A stretch of 64,000 nucleotides of DNA from Opitutales bacterium (GTDB lineage Bacteria > Verrucomicrobiota > Verrucomicrobiia > Opitutales > JBHJGM01), in assembly GCA_050331815.1 (NCBI GenBank), contig JBHJGM010000003.1, positions 231,855-295,854 on the forward strand, written 5' to 3'. A program made the translations under genes and the position numbers. Below are positions 35,581-45,605 of the stretch, piece by piece. The notes below the pieces were generated by a model, which worked only from the letters and a program-made list of their open reading frames with translations, was not told the DNA's origin and ran no database searches. Numbering within the stretch: the first letter of the stretch is position 1; each line of letters starts with the position of its first letter.

Positions 35581-36932
35581 CGCGCCGCCGCTGTGGGAAC
35601 GCTTTCACCGCGCAGGCGGGCTCCGATACGTTCGCGCACGCCCTCGGCGTTCATCGTGCACATGGGAATCATCTCGCCGTCCACCGGCACCTTGAAGATG
35701 CACGCCTCCAGCCGTTCAAGCCCTTCGGACGTCTGCATTTGGTTGGGGCTCATGAAACGGTGCGCTGATAGCATGAAGGGGCGGACCCGAAAACGCTTTC
35801 CCTTTCGCAGGGAACGCCCCGTTGCCCGCAGCAGAGCGGGCAGCAGGCAGAGACCTCGCCAGGCTCCGTAGCCCACCGCCTCAACCAGCAGGGCAGGACG
35901 TTTCAAAAGGCAGCCTGCGATCGTCGGCAGGTTACGCGACAGGCCGCGGGTCCAGTCGATCCTGGCCCCGACGCCATCGAGCATGCGGGCCAAAAAGCGG
36001 GCGTCCCAGGGATAGGCATCGCGCACACCTTCAAGGACGATGGGCGCCCGGTCGTCCTGGCAGTCGATCACGACCAGGGGCAACAGCAAGTTGCAGGCGG
36101 GGTGGCCAAAATGCAGCGGCGTGCGGTTGAGCCGAAAGCCTACGCCCAGATCGAAAGCCAGCCGCAACGATTCCTCGGAGAGGCGTTGCGTGTCATTGGC
36201 GCGGGTGCGCCCGACCGTCGCCACCGGCAAAAAGTTGACCAGCCGAAAAGCGTCCGCGTTTTTGAGAAACCACTGGATGACCGGTCCCATCTGATCGATG
36301 TTGTCCGTGGTCACGGTCACCGTCGAGGCAGCGGTCAGGAGGCAGCCAGTTTCCGAACGTATCCGGCGAATCAGAGCAGCGAAGCGGTCACGCAGCAGGT
36401 TGAGATCGGACTCGGTTTGCGGTCGGTCGAAAGGCGCGTCACGGCCTTTTTGCGTGATGTCGATGTGGATGCTGACCCGTTGCAGGCCATAGTCCTTGAC
36501 GAGTGTCCGCAGGTACGCAGGCTCGCGCAAAAAGCGCTGCCCATGCGTCATGACCATCGGGTCAAGGCCGATAGAGCGGGCATAAGCGACGATGCGTCCG
36601 AGTTCATCGACGGGCAATAGCGTGACTTCGCCAGCGGTGATCTGCGTCTTGCCACCGGGGCCCAGGTGTGCGCGTATCGCATCCAGTTGTGCTTTGACCT
36701 CAGCGAAAGGGAGGGGCGGGGTCCGGTTGGCTCCCTTGCTCAAGTAGCAGCAGGTACAGCCAAAATCACAACGTTCCATCACATGGTGCGTTGCCGCGCA
36801 ACCCACGCCGGTGCGACCGCAGATCTGGTTCTCTGTACGCAGTGACTCGGGCAGGCGCGTCCATTGGGCACGCAGGCGCGCGGTGTGTACCTCCACGGGC
36901 TCGGAGGAAGTCGAAAGGGAAGGATTGGGCAT
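35577..36932 (-). CDS. Radical-SAM domain protein (451 aa), subfamily unassigned
   Basis: HVMERCDFGCTCCYL (CxxxCxxC), ITAGEVTLLP (GGEPTL-like) and MVMTHGQRF (TNG-like). Confidence 0.75.
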   Translation of the reverse strand: MPNPSLSTSSEPVEVHTARLRAQWTRLPESLRTENQICGRTGVGCAATHHVMERCDFGCTCCYLSKGANRTPPLPFAEVKAQLDAIRAHLGPGGKTQITAGEVTLLPVDELGRIVAYARSIGLDPMVMTHGQRFLREPAYLRTLVKDYGLQRVSIHIDITQKGRDAPFDRPQTESDLNLLRDRFAALIRRIRSETGCLLTAASTVTVTTDNIDQMGPVIQWFLKNADAFRLVNFLPVATVGRTRANDTQRLSEESLRLAFDLGVGFRLNRTPLHFGHPACNLLLPLVVIDCQDDRAPIVLEGVRDAYPWDARFLARMLDGVGARIDWTRGLSRNLPTIAGCLLKRPALLVEAVGYGAWRGLCLLPALLRATGRSLRKGKRFRVRPFMLSAHRFMSPNQMQTSEGLERLEACIFKVPVDGEMIPMCTMNAEGVRERIGARLRGESVPTAAAR

Positions 36933-37060
36933 GAAGCGGTCGCAAGGTAACGCCGCGTCAGGGTCGGGAAGCAGCCAGATGCCACCGAGGCACCTGCAGG
37001 AGAAGACTCCGCATCAATCAATCACAAGGCAAGCCTCGAAGCCACCGATTCACAGATGCG

Positions 37061-37336
37061 TCAATAAGTTGTCGAAGCGCGACTACTGCGCGTGTTTGCT
37101 TCTTCGCGCACATTGCGCCCGTGATGTATCGGCGTGGTCTCGCGCAAGGTCTTCAGTCGTTCCTCAGTCTGCGCCTCACGCGCCTCGAAATCGTAAAGCG
37201 GGTCGGGACGTTTCCCCTGCTGCGTGCCTCCCAACTGCAACCCGCTGGAACCGCTCTGGCAGCCCGTCAGCAGGGCAGCCACCAGACAAGTCAAGCTGAC
37301 AGATAGTGCCCTCAGCCAGCGTCGGGGTCTGAGCAC
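37061..37336 (-). CDS. Small lipoprotein (91 aa)
   Basis: MLRPRRWLRALSVSLTCLVAALLTGCQSG has a positive n-region, a hydrophobic core and an L-T-G-C lipobox. It overlaps the ferredoxin 3' end by 25 nt. Confidence 0.5.
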   Translation of the reverse strand: MLRPRRWLRALSVSLTCLVAALLTGCQSGSSGLQLGGTQQGKRPDPLYDFEAREAQTEERLKTLRETTPIHHGRNVREEANTRSSRASTTY

Positions 37337-37614
37337 TTGGGGCCTTTCAAAGGTTCTTTAGTACCGTCGATCACGGGAAATTTTTCGGCCTCCTTGGCGT
37401 TGAGGTCGATCCATGATTCCTGATCGGCAGGCACATCGCTGTCGGCGAAAATGGCGTCCACCGGGCATTCCTCCACGCAGGCGTTGCAGTCGATGCAGGT
37501 GTCCGGGTTGATGTAGAGCCGGTCCGGGGCATCGTGAAACGCCTCCACCGGGCAGACCGCGGCGCAGTAGGTGAACTTGCAGTCCACGCAAGGTTCGGTG
37601 ACGACATAAGCCAT
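37312..37614 (-). CDS. fdxA: 7Fe-type ferredoxin
   Basis: MAYVVTEPCVDCKFTYCAAVCPVEAF..INPDTCIDCNACVEECPVDAI has canonical [3Fe-4S][4Fe-4S] ferredoxin Cys spacing. Confidence 0.9.
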   Translation of the reverse strand: MAYVVTEPCVDCKFTYCAAVCPVEAFHDAPDRLYINPDTCIDCNACVEECPVDAIFADSDVPADQESWIDLNAKEAEKFPVIDGTKEPLKGPKCSDPDAG

Positions 37615-37669
37615 AATTTAGCAAACAATGCCAAAGCTGTGCCAACTGCAACCGCAAGCGCGCCCTTGG

Positions 37670-38527
37670 CTAGAGGCCCGCGGTGTCCATCAGCTTTCGC
37701 ATAACCTGGCCGACTTCGGCGAAGGCAGCCGCCGGCTCCAGGGCGCTGAGGCGATTGGCTGTCGGCTGAAAGGGCTCGGTGGTGACAGGCCCTTCGTAGC
37801 CGATTTCCGCCAACACCTTCAGCATCCCCGGGGTGTCGATAACGCCGGTCTCCAGGGGCAGGGCGCGCTCGCCGTCGATTTGTTCCTGCGGGGTTCGATC
37901 TGCGCGAGCGTCGTTGACGTGGACGTAAGTAATGTGGATGCCTTCGAGTTCGTGCCGGAGCGTCTCCAGAGTGCCTCCCGAGCAGTACCAGTGAAAGGAA
38001 TCCAGCAGAATGCCCACGCCGCCGCCGGCAGCCTCGATCAACTTTTTGGCGCCGGCCAGGTCGTCGATGAACGGGTGGGTGAACTTCGACTGCAGGGTTT
38101 TCGGGCCAATGAACTCAAAGCCGTAATCAATGCCCGCTTTCGCAGCGGCGGCGGTCAACTGCTGGAGCCGTTCCGCCATCCAGACCATCTGCGCGTCCTG
38201 GGTGCGCGCATTGGAGCCGTTCAACACCCAGTTGTAGGTGCGTGCCCAACCCGCTTCAACCAGCCTCGGGCCGAAGACCTCAAGGTAGCCAACGGCTTCC
38301 TCGAAGTTTACTTCGTCCGCGTCGATGTTGTGCGGCAGGGGAAAAGCCCCTCCGACCAGGCCGTGATCGGCCAGGATTCGACCTGCTTCCTTAATGTCGG
38401 CGGCCGAGCCGCCCTGTATCGCGGGCAGGTCAATGCCCTTGAAGCCATTGGCCGCGGCCAATGCGCACTGCTGCGCAAAAGGAACGTCACCGAGCTTCAG
38501 GACGCCGGCGTTAAAATTGAGATACAT
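37670..38527 (-). CDS. Sugar phosphate isomerase/epimerase (xylose-isomerase-like TIM barrel)
   Basis: GFEFIGPKT.., LLDSFHWY and HVNDAR motifs, 285 aa. Same family and same length as the ORF at 3959-4816. Confidence 0.75.
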   Translation of the reverse strand: MYLNFNAGVLKLGDVPFAQQCALAAANGFKGIDLPAIQGGSAADIKEAGRILADHGLVGGAFPLPHNIDADEVNFEEAVGYLEVFGPRLVEAGWARTYNWVLNGSNARTQDAQMVWMAERLQQLTAAAAKAGIDYGFEFIGPKTLQSKFTHPFIDDLAGAKKLIEAAGGGVGILLDSFHWYCSGGTLETLRHELEGIHITYVHVNDARADRTPQEQIDGERALPLETGVIDTPGMLKVLAEIGYEGPVTTEPFQPTANRLSALEPAAAFAEVGQVMRKLMDTAGL

Positions 38528-38697
38528 GGTTTTTATTTCGTTGGCAGGTCGGGATGTCCGTAAGGGTGCTTTGGTGCTTCGTGCTTAGTACTTTGGAGCG
38601 CGCGGGGGGGGTCGGAGCGGGAAGCACTGCTGGCGAGATTTGGTTTCAGTACACTAGCTTGTAGATTCTAGCTCTTAGATTCCAAATCGTGCCCACC

Positions 38698-40008
38698 TTA
38701 CACCGCTGCCAGCGCCTGGTCGAGGTCGGCCAGGATGTCACCACTGTCCTCAATGCCCACGGATAAGCGGACAAAGTCGTCGGTGACGCCAGTGGTGGCC
38801 AGGTCGGCGGCTTCAAGCTGCTGGTGGGTGGTGGTTGCCGGGTGGATCGCCAGACTCTTGGCATCGCCGATGTTGGCCAGATGGCTGAAGAGCTTGAGTG
38901 CCTCGATGAAACGACTGCCCGCTGCCTTGCCGCCGTCGACCCCAAAGCCGACCAGTGCACCGTACATCCCCGAGTCGTGGTATTTCTTAGCTTTGGCGTG
39001 CTCTGAGTTGTCGGGCAGCCCGGGGAAGTTCACCCAGCTGACTTTGGGATGCGTCTTGAGAAACTCGGCGACCCGAAGCGCGTTTTCGCAGTGACGCTGC
39101 ATGCGCAGGTGCAGCGTTTCCAGGCCCAGCAGGTGCACCCACGAATTGAAAGGGGAGGGGCAGTTGCCCGTGTCACGCATAAGTTGCAGGCGCATTTTCA
39201 TAACGTAGGCGATGTTGGCACCGCCGAAGGGCTCAAACGACTGAAAGGCGTCCCAGTGGACGAGTCCGTGGTAACTGGGGTCGGGTTCGGTGAACATCGG
39301 GAATTTCCCGCTGCCCCAGTCAAAGTTCCCCGCATCCACCACGATTCCGCCGATGGCCGCCCCGTGCCCCCCGATGTACTTCGTCAGGCTATTGATGACA
39401 ACATTGGCCCCGTGCTCGATCGGGCGGCATACCGCCGGAGAAAGCGCCGTATTATCGATGATGAGCGGGATTTTCGCCTCACGGGCCGCCTGGGCCGCTT
39501 CCTCGTAGGTGAAAATGTTCATACGAGGGTTGCCCTGGGAGTCGCCGTAGATGGCTTTTGTCTTTGCGTCGATAGCCTCGGCAAATTGCGTGGGTTGCTC
39601 CCCGTCGACGAACTTCACCGAGATGCCCATCTTGGGCAGCGTGTATTTAAAGAGGTTGTAGGTCCCTCCGTAGAGTTGCGACTGCGAGACGATGTTGTCG
39701 CCGGGCTGGCAGATATTCAATATGGCGCTGGTGATCGCCGCCTGGCCGCTGGAGTGGGCAAGCGCCCAGACGCCGCCCTCGAGCGAGGCTACGCGCGCCT
39801 CAACCACGTCGGTCGTCGGATTGTGAATGCGCGTGTAGATGTTCCCCAATTCTTCCAGCGCGAAGAGCTTGGCCGCATGCTCGGTATCGCGGAAGACGAA
39901 GCTGGTGGTCTGGTAAATGGGAACGGCCCGGGAGCCGGTGGTGGGGTCGGGCGTCTGGCCGGCGTGGACCGCGCGGGTCCCGAATGAAGCTATGGCGGAT
40001 TCTGGCAT
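38698..40008 (-). CDS. metY: O-acetylhomoserine (thiol)-lyase / sulfhydrylase
   Basis: [42 protein letters not shown] and the PLP-lysine motif [11 protein letters not shown]. The second in-frame ATG (40008) matches the usual N-terminal length; the ORF extends to 40077. Confidence 0.88.
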   Translation of the reverse strand: MPESAIASFGTRAVHAGQTPDPTTGSRAVPIYQTTSFVFRDTEHAAKLFALEELGNIYTRIHNPTTDVVEARVASLEGGVWALAHSSGQAAITSAILNICQPGDNIVSQSQLYGGTYNLFKYTLPKMGISVKFVDGEQPTQFAEAIDAKTKAIYGDSQGNPRMNIFTYEEAAQAAREAKIPLIIDNTALSPAVCRPIEHGANVVINSLTKYIGGHGAAIGGIVVDAGNFDWGSGKFPMFTEPDPSYHGLVHWDAFQSFEPFGGANIAYVMKMRLQLMRDTGNCPSPFNSWVHLLGLETLHLRMQRHCENALRVAEFLKTHPKVSWVNFPGLPDNSEHAKAKKYHDSGMYGALVGFGVDGGKAAGSRFIEALKLFSHLANIGDAKSLAIHPATTTHQQLEAADLATTGVTDDFVRLSVGIEDSGDILADLDQALAAV

Positions 40009-40103
40009 CGGGCCATACCGCCGCAGACGCCAGTTGCGGTCAAGTGCGCGCGGCTGCTTTGCGCTGGATTCAGGCACCGGCGTAGCCTACATTCAAGGAT
40101 ACC

Positions 40104-40772
40104 ATGCTGCGCTACGCCGAAGAAATCCTGTTGCTGGCGCTGGACGACATTACCGGGCGCTTTCACAGCTTGCCACCGCGCGCGCTGGAATTTGCCATCG
40201 CCGGGGCTCTGCTGGGCGAACTTGCGCTCATGGGTCAGGTGCGCGCCGAGGCGGATGCGCTCAGGCTGCTCGATACCGACCCCACAAATCGCCCGAAGCT
40301 CGATGAAACCCTGGCAACCCTGCGCGAGGTGCAACCCAAGCCCGAATCGGCCCCGCTTTCCCTCGAGCGCGCTCTGGCTGTTCTGACGCTGAAAGCGCCG
40401 GAACTTCGCGATCGCCTGCTGCAGGATCTGGTCGCCAAAGGTATTCTGCGGCAGGAGGCCCATAAATTCTTTTTCTTCTTCGATGAACGGCGCTACCCGC
40501 TGGTTGACGACCGCGAGGAAAAAGAGGTGCGGGCACGAATTCGAGAAATCATTCTCAACAACCGCGCGCCCAACGAACGCGACAGTTTGCTAATCGCGCT
40601 CATGCGTGCCTGTGAGCTCTCTCGCAAAGTTTTTACCCAGGAAGAAGCCGAACGCTACCGGGATACCATTCGAGAGGTGGCTGAGCGCGATGCGATCGGT
40701 CGCGTACTCACCGCGACAGTGCGTCGCATCCAGGAGGCCGAGCTCGAATTGCTGGCTTATTCCGGCATGTGA
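40104..40772 (+). CDS. GPP34 (GOLPH3-like) family protein
   Basis: MLRYAEEILLLALDDITGRF..AIAGALLGELALMG..LQDLVAKGIL matches the GPP34 family pattern. Confidence 0.7.
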   Translation: MLRYAEEILLLALDDITGRFHSLPPRALEFAIAGALLGELALMGQVRAEADALRLLDTDPTNRPKLDETLATLREVQPKPESAPLSLERALAVLTLKAPELRDRLLQDLVAKGILRQEAHKFFFFFDERRYPLVDDREEKEVRARIREIILNNRAPNERDSLLIALMRACELSRKVFTQEEAERYRDTIREVAERDAIGRVLTATVRRIQEAELELLAYSGM

Positions 40773-40910
40773 GTGTCGGGTCAACTTGTCTTATCACTAC
40801 GGTAAGTCCCGATAAGTGTGACAGGAATGTGAGAAGAAAGTGACGTGCACAGTTTTTCGTTGCTCGGTGAATGCACACACTTGTATTTTGCACTTACAAT
40901 CATCCAACCC

Positions 40911-41759
40911 ATGCAGCATCATCATCTAAAAACTACTTTCGGAATCCTCCTGCTTAGTGGAGTGGCGGCTTCTGCGCAAACACCTACCTTTGGCGTTGGC
41001 CAGGAAATCCAAGCCGCCATGAATGGCGTCATGGATTCAGCCAGCGTCAACTCAATCGGGTACACGCTCGAGACATCGGCTGGCGTCGTCACTACTTTCG
41101 GAGACACTGTTCCCGAAGGCTGGACCGCTCAGAGCTGGAGTTCTGGCGACTCCGTTACGGTCGGCGACAAACGCTTTTCCAACATTGATGTTGTCGGTGC
41201 CGTTGGATTTTCTAATGCCGACATCCTCGCCAACCTTTCTTACGCTGGCGTGACCGACCTGGCAGGAAACTTCGGTCTTATCTTCGGTCTTGGCGGCTTC
41301 TTTGACGCGGACGAAGCTGCACCAGCGCCGACCTTCACCCTAGTCTTCGATGTTGAAGTGCTCGACCCCTCGCAAGTTGCCGTAGGTGCCAACATGATTT
41401 TGACTGGCTCAGGCACCAACAACGAGGGGGGTGCTGCTATAATTGGTGAAACCATTTTCGATGGACCGACCGGCTTCCTCAATCCCACTGCGGATGTTTT
41501 GGCCAATCTGGCTGTGAGCAACCTGGGGCAGGACCCGGGCGGCAGCAGCTTCGTCGACAACGAGGCATTTTCGGAGGCCACCGTTTCTTTCTCGGTCAGC
41601 AAGAACATCGGTGTGGACGCCGAGACAGAAGATGGTTTCGCCGAAATCAGCTCGTTCGTGCAGACCTTCGATCAGGTTCCCGAGCCTTCAACCTACGCGG
41701 CCATCTTCGGAGTCGTTGTTCTGGGCTTCGCCTTCGCGCGTCGTCGCCTGCGTGGCTAA
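40911..41759 (+). CDS. Secreted PEP-CTERM protein
   Basis: Signal peptide MQHHHLKTTFGILLLSGVAASAQ and C-terminus VPEPSTYAAIFGVVVLGFAFARRRLRG. Confidence 0.75.
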   Translation: MQHHHLKTTFGILLLSGVAASAQTPTFGVGQEIQAAMNGVMDSASVNSIGYTLETSAGVVTTFGDTVPEGWTAQSWSSGDSVTVGDKRFSNIDVVGAVGFSNADILANLSYAGVTDLAGNFGLIFGLGGFFDADEAAPAPTFTLVFDVEVLDPSQVAVGANMILTGSGTNNEGGAAIIGETIFDGPTGFLNPTADVLANLAVSNLGQDPGGSSFVDNEAFSEATVSFSVSKNIGVDAETEDGFAEISSFVQTFDQVPEPSTYAAIFGVVVLGFAFARRRLRG

Positions 41760-41798
41760 GCCTTCGCGCTTCCTCCGGTCAGCAGCACTTTTTCAAAG

Positions 41799-41830
41799 CC
41801 TCCGCCACCACGGCGGAGGTTTTTGTTTGG
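41799..41830 (+). terminator. Rho-independent terminator
   Basis: Stem CCTCCGCC / GGCGGAGG with loop ACCAC, followed by TTTTTGTTTGG. Confidence 0.8.
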
Positions 41831-41945
41831 TTCGGTCAGGGTGGAGCGCACTTGAGTACAGGGATTGCTTGGCTACTAGGGAATGCGATTTCACACGGCG
41901 TAGCGTCTAAGGTTGCGTTCCACGGTGACGAATTTCGATAGCGGC

Positions 41946-43829
41946 ATGAAGTGCTTTTGCCAGTTTACCCGCCTCTGCCTGGTGCTCTTGTTGGGTGCCA
42001 GCAGCCTACAGGGTACCAATATTATCAGTGACCAGCTTCCGGAAGGAGTGACGCTCGCCGATATTGGCCTGGGCGTTCGCCCTTTCGCGGGTCCAGAGCG
42101 CGCGGTGCGGGCCGTGCCTTTTTCCGGTACACTGGGCGGGAACGATAACGTCCAGCAAATCACGCATACCGATAATCACCTGTACGTCGCCACACGCGAG
42201 GGCCGGGTCATCGGTTTCGAACCGGATGGCACGCGCATTTTTCCCGCACTGTTAAACCTCGCTGTGCTGCGCGGCTCGAATTTCATCCATGACATCCCGG
42301 GCCGACCGCAGCGAATCGATACGGGCCTGCGTGGTTTGGCCTTTCATCCGCAGTACGCCAGCAATGGACTGGTTTACACCCTGCATCGCGAAGCCGACGA
42401 CCCAGCCAACCCGCCGGATTTCGGAGAGGCGGCCCCCGATGCGCCAAACACGATTTACAGCGTGCTTGGAGAGTGGCGCTTCGCAACGCCGGGGGTGGGC
42501 ACACCCAGCTATCGCGAAGTGCTGCGCATCGTTCTGCCGACCTATATTCACCCGGCGCAAAACATTGGCTTCAACCCCTACGCCATTCCGGGAGACCCAG
42601 ACTACGGGCTGCTTTACGGCTGCGTGGGCGATGCGGGCAATCCGAATCCGGGCACCCCAGAGCCGGTCGACCCGTTCAACGTTTCGCAGGACTTCAACTC
42701 GATTTGGGCCAGCGTTTACAGGATAGACCCTCGTGATCCCTCGGGTTTGACCGACGCGCAGCTGCTGGCCATGGGTCTGGAGCGCAGCGTGAACGGGCGT
42801 TATGGCATCCCGTTGGACAATCCCGGTGTGGGTGACCCGGCCTGGTTGGACGAAGTTTACGCGAAAGGCTTGCGCCATCCGCAGACCCTTCAGTTCGTTC
42901 CGCCCGGACGCCCCCTAGTTGGCGACATCGGCAGCACCACCATTGACGAGATCAATCTGGTCGAGGCCGGTGGCAACTACGGCTACCCGCTGCGCGAAGG
43001 CACGCTGATCTTCCCCTGGGTGAACCCTGAAACCGGCGCGCCCCTGGAGGATACCTTTGAAGCTCCATTCGATGCGATGCGCTATGTGCCCGTCGGCATC
43101 AGCGGGGATCCTTCAGTTCAATACCACGTACGTGATCCGGATGGCTCCAATCCGCGCGTGGAATCGGTCGCCCGGCTTGGTTCGGATGCCGATGCTTTTA
43201 TCTATCCTGTGGCTCAACTCAGCCATGAACCCCGCGAGGGCTTCAACGCGATCGCCGCCGGTCCAGCGTACGAGGGCACTCTGGCTGAAGAACTCAGGGG
43301 CACTGTCATCTTCGGTGACTTTGCCGAAGGTGATGTGTGTTTCATCGAGATGGCGGACCTGACCAATGACGGCACCCCCGGCCTGGTGCGACAACTGCCG
43401 CTCGTCGACGCGCAGGGCAACTCCACCGACATGACGCTGATCGTCGGCGATGATCGACCGGATTTCCGGTTTGGGCGCGGTCCCTTTGGCAACGTTTTCA
43501 TCGCCTGCAAGGCCAACGACCAAATCTATCGACTGGAAGGCACGCCTTTCACGCGCTTGCGCGGGGAGCGGGTCGAGGAAGCCGGCCAGACCTATTTTGA
43601 GCTCTTGCTGACGCGCCCTGTCCACACCAGCGGCTACGCGTACACGGCAATGATGTCTGAGAATCTGGACATCCCGATGGAGCCGGTGCCCCCGACGGAC
43701 CTTTCGGAAGTCTCGGTGACGGACCACGGTGATGGGCTCGAAACGGTACGCTACCGCTACGCTGTGCCCATGAGTCCGGATGCCGCGGCGCGCTACTTCC
43801 GCTTTGTCATCACGCTATCGGAAAATTGA
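41946..43829 (+). CDS. PQQ-dependent (soluble glucose/sorbosone) dehydrogenase-like beta-propeller protein with C-terminal extension
   Basis: Signal peptide MKCFCQFTRLCLVLLLGASSLQG. GLRGLAFHPQYASNGLVYT, RHPQTLQF and GGNYGYPLREG are SGDH-family motifs. Confidence 0.7.
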   Translation: MKCFCQFTRLCLVLLLGASSLQGTNIISDQLPEGVTLADIGLGVRPFAGPERAVRAVPFSGTLGGNDNVQQITHTDNHLYVATREGRVIGFEPDGTRIFPALLNLAVLRGSNFIHDIPGRPQRIDTGLRGLAFHPQYASNGLVYTLHREADDPANPPDFGEAAPDAPNTIYSVLGEWRFATPGVGTPSYREVLRIVLPTYIHPAQNIGFNPYAIPGDPDYGLLYGCVGDAGNPNPGTPEPVDPFNVSQDFNSIWASVYRIDPRDPSGLTDAQLLAMGLERSVNGRYGIPLDNPGVGDPAWLDEVYAKGLRHPQTLQFVPPGRPLVGDIGSTTIDEINLVEAGGNYGYPLREGTLIFPWVNPETGAPLEDTFEAPFDAMRYVPVGISGDPSVQYHVRDPDGSNPRVESVARLGSDADAFIYPVAQLSHEPREGFNAIAAGPAYEGTLAEELRGTVIFGDFAEGDVCFIEMADLTNDGTPGLVRQLPLVDAQGNSTDMTLIVGDDRPDFRFGRGPFGNVFIACKANDQIYRLEGTPFTRLRGERVEEAGQTYFELLLTRPVHTSGYAYTAMMSENLDIPMEPVPPTDLSEVSVTDHGDGLETVRYRYAVPMSPDAAARYFRFVITLSEN

Positions 43830-43919
43830 AGCGGAGGGATTTTGCTTGCCTGCGGGCGGCAAAAATCTATTTTTCTCCGTTTCTGCCACACGTTTGGTGT
43901 GCAGCTCTCAATTTTTCCG

Positions 43920-44561
43920 ATGAAGCAGTTCCGTCTCAACGTACAAAACCGCAGCGAAACCGGTCGTGGCCCGATGCGCCGGTTGCGTGCGTCCGGTCGT
44001 ATCCCCGCTGTTATATATGGCGAATCCGGCAGCCGAGCGCTGTCCATGGACGAGCCCGAGTTTCGCATGATGATGCGCAAAGCAGCCGGTTCGGCGGCCC
44101 TGATCGAGGTCAGCGACGACGCCGGGGCGCAGACGCTTTCGGTGATTCAGACCATCGAGCGCGACCCGGTGACTGACAAATTCGTGCACGTGGATTTTCA
44201 TGAGGTCAGCGCGAGTAAGCCAATGCACGCGCACATCCCGGTTCACGTCGAAGGAACGGCGTACGGCGTGAAGAATGAAAACGCGGTGCTGGAAACGCAG
44301 CTGCACGAGGTCGATGTTGAGTGCCTGCCCAAAAACCTTCCTGAATTCATCCGCGTGGACGTGACCGATTTGCATGCTGGCGACAGCGTCCACATCCGCG
44401 ACCTCGAGGCCATCGACGGCGTCAGCTACCTTGGCGAATCCGATGCGGTTGTCGTGGCCTGTGCGGGCAAGTCGACCAAAACGGACCGCGTCATGGACCT
44501 CGAAGACGAAAACGCCGAGGAAACCGAAGACACCGCCCAACCCGCCGCAGCCGAGGGTTGA
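43920..44561 (+). CDS. rplY: 50S ribosomal protein L25 / general stress protein Ctc
   Basis: MKQFRLNVQNRSETGRGPMRRLRASGRIPAVIYG.. with an acidic C-terminal tail. ATG 43920 was preferred over the upstream alternative start. Confidence 0.85.
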   Translation: MKQFRLNVQNRSETGRGPMRRLRASGRIPAVIYGESGSRALSMDEPEFRMMMRKAAGSAALIEVSDDAGAQTLSVIQTIERDPVTDKFVHVDFHEVSASKPMHAHIPVHVEGTAYGVKNENAVLETQLHEVDVECLPKNLPEFIRVDVTDLHAGDSVHIRDLEAIDGVSYLGESDAVVVACAGKSTKTDRVMDLEDENAEETEDTAQPAAAEG

Positions 44562-44608
44562 CCCACTTTTCGCTGCTTCTTTTTTGAGGCGGCCACGTTC
44601 TTTGAATC

Positions 44609-45205
44609 ATGTCCATTGCCGTGCTGGCAGGCTTGGGAAACCCGGGCCGCGAGTACACCGACACGCGTCACAATGTCGGCTTCCGGCTGATCGATACCCT
44701 GGCCACGCGCCACGGCGGCCTCTGGAAGCTGGAGCCTCGCTTCAAAAGCGAAATCGCGCAGGTGTTGCTCGATGGTCGCAAAGCCTGGCTGGTCAAGCCG
44801 CAGACCTTCATGAACGACTCCGGGATGAGCCTCGGGCCGTTTCTGAAGTTCCATAAGCTGCCCTCGGCTTCGCTCGTCGCCATCTACGATGACATCACAC
44901 TGAATCCGGGCCGGCTCAAAATCAGCCTGACCGGCAGCGATGGCGGTCACAACGGCGTCAAAAGCCTGCTTTCGCACGTCGGCGAGGGCTTTGTGCGTTT
45001 CCGTATCGGCATCGGCCCGAAAGCCGTCAAGGCGATGGACTTGAAGGATCACGTGTTGGGAAAATTCAGCCACCGCGACCAAGCCACCATCGATGGCCTG
45101 CTGCCTGAACTCACCGACGCGCTCGAATTGCTTTTTGCCCGCGGCGCGGACGCCGCCATGAACGAACTTAATCCCAAATTTAAGCAAACTCCCTCCTCGA
45201 TATGA
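44609..45205 (+). CDS. pth: Peptidyl-tRNA hydrolase
   Basis: VLAGLGNPGREYTDTRHNVGF, KPQTFMNDSG and GGHNGVKS are canonical Pth motifs. Confidence 0.92.
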   Translation: MSIAVLAGLGNPGREYTDTRHNVGFRLIDTLATRHGGLWKLEPRFKSEIAQVLLDGRKAWLVKPQTFMNDSGMSLGPFLKFHKLPSASLVAIYDDITLNPGRLKISLTGSDGGHNGVKSLLSHVGEGFVRFRIGIGPKAVKAMDLKDHVLGKFSHRDQATIDGLLPELTDALELLFARGADAAMNELNPKFKQTPSSI

Positions 45206-45516
45206 GCGAAACCGCCACCGAACCGCGCCATACCTACCGCGCCAACTTCATCCTCGACACCCGAAACCACAAGGACTCGGTCGAGAGTCTCATCTCGCGC
45301 CTGAGCGATGTCATCACAAGCCTCGGCGGCGAGGTGAAGAAGGTCGACGACCTGGGTCAGAAAGACTTTACACGCATCACCGACCGCCGCTTTCCCGCCG
45401 GCATGTACGTGCAGTACACCTTCGAGGGGCCGACCACCGCACCTTCGCAGCTGCAGGAGCGCATCCGTTTGGACCGCACTGTCGACCGTGTGATGGTCCA
45501 GCGCCTGGGCGACTGA
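45202..45516 (+). CDS. rpsF: 30S ribosomal protein S6
   Basis: YRANFILDT..VKKVDDLGQKDF..GMYVQYTFEG. The start overlaps the pth stop by 4 nt. Confidence 0.88.
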   Translation: MSETATEPRHTYRANFILDTRNHKDSVESLISRLSDVITSLGGEVKKVDDLGQKDFTRITDRRFPAGMYVQYTFEGPTTAPSQLQERIRLDRTVDRVMVQRLGD

Positions 45517-45605
45517 GGTGACGATTTGTGAATAACATTTAACAAACGCAATAACACGAACAACGATTCGTTGCAGTTCCCGCCGCGCGCCGACAGCCTT
45601 CCAAC

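Noticed and set aside
40009-40103. Possible SAM-type riboswitch upstream of metY
   Set aside because: The leader is only ~95 nt long. It contains an AAAGC element but no recognisable SAM-I, SAM-II or SAM-V consensus that I can align.
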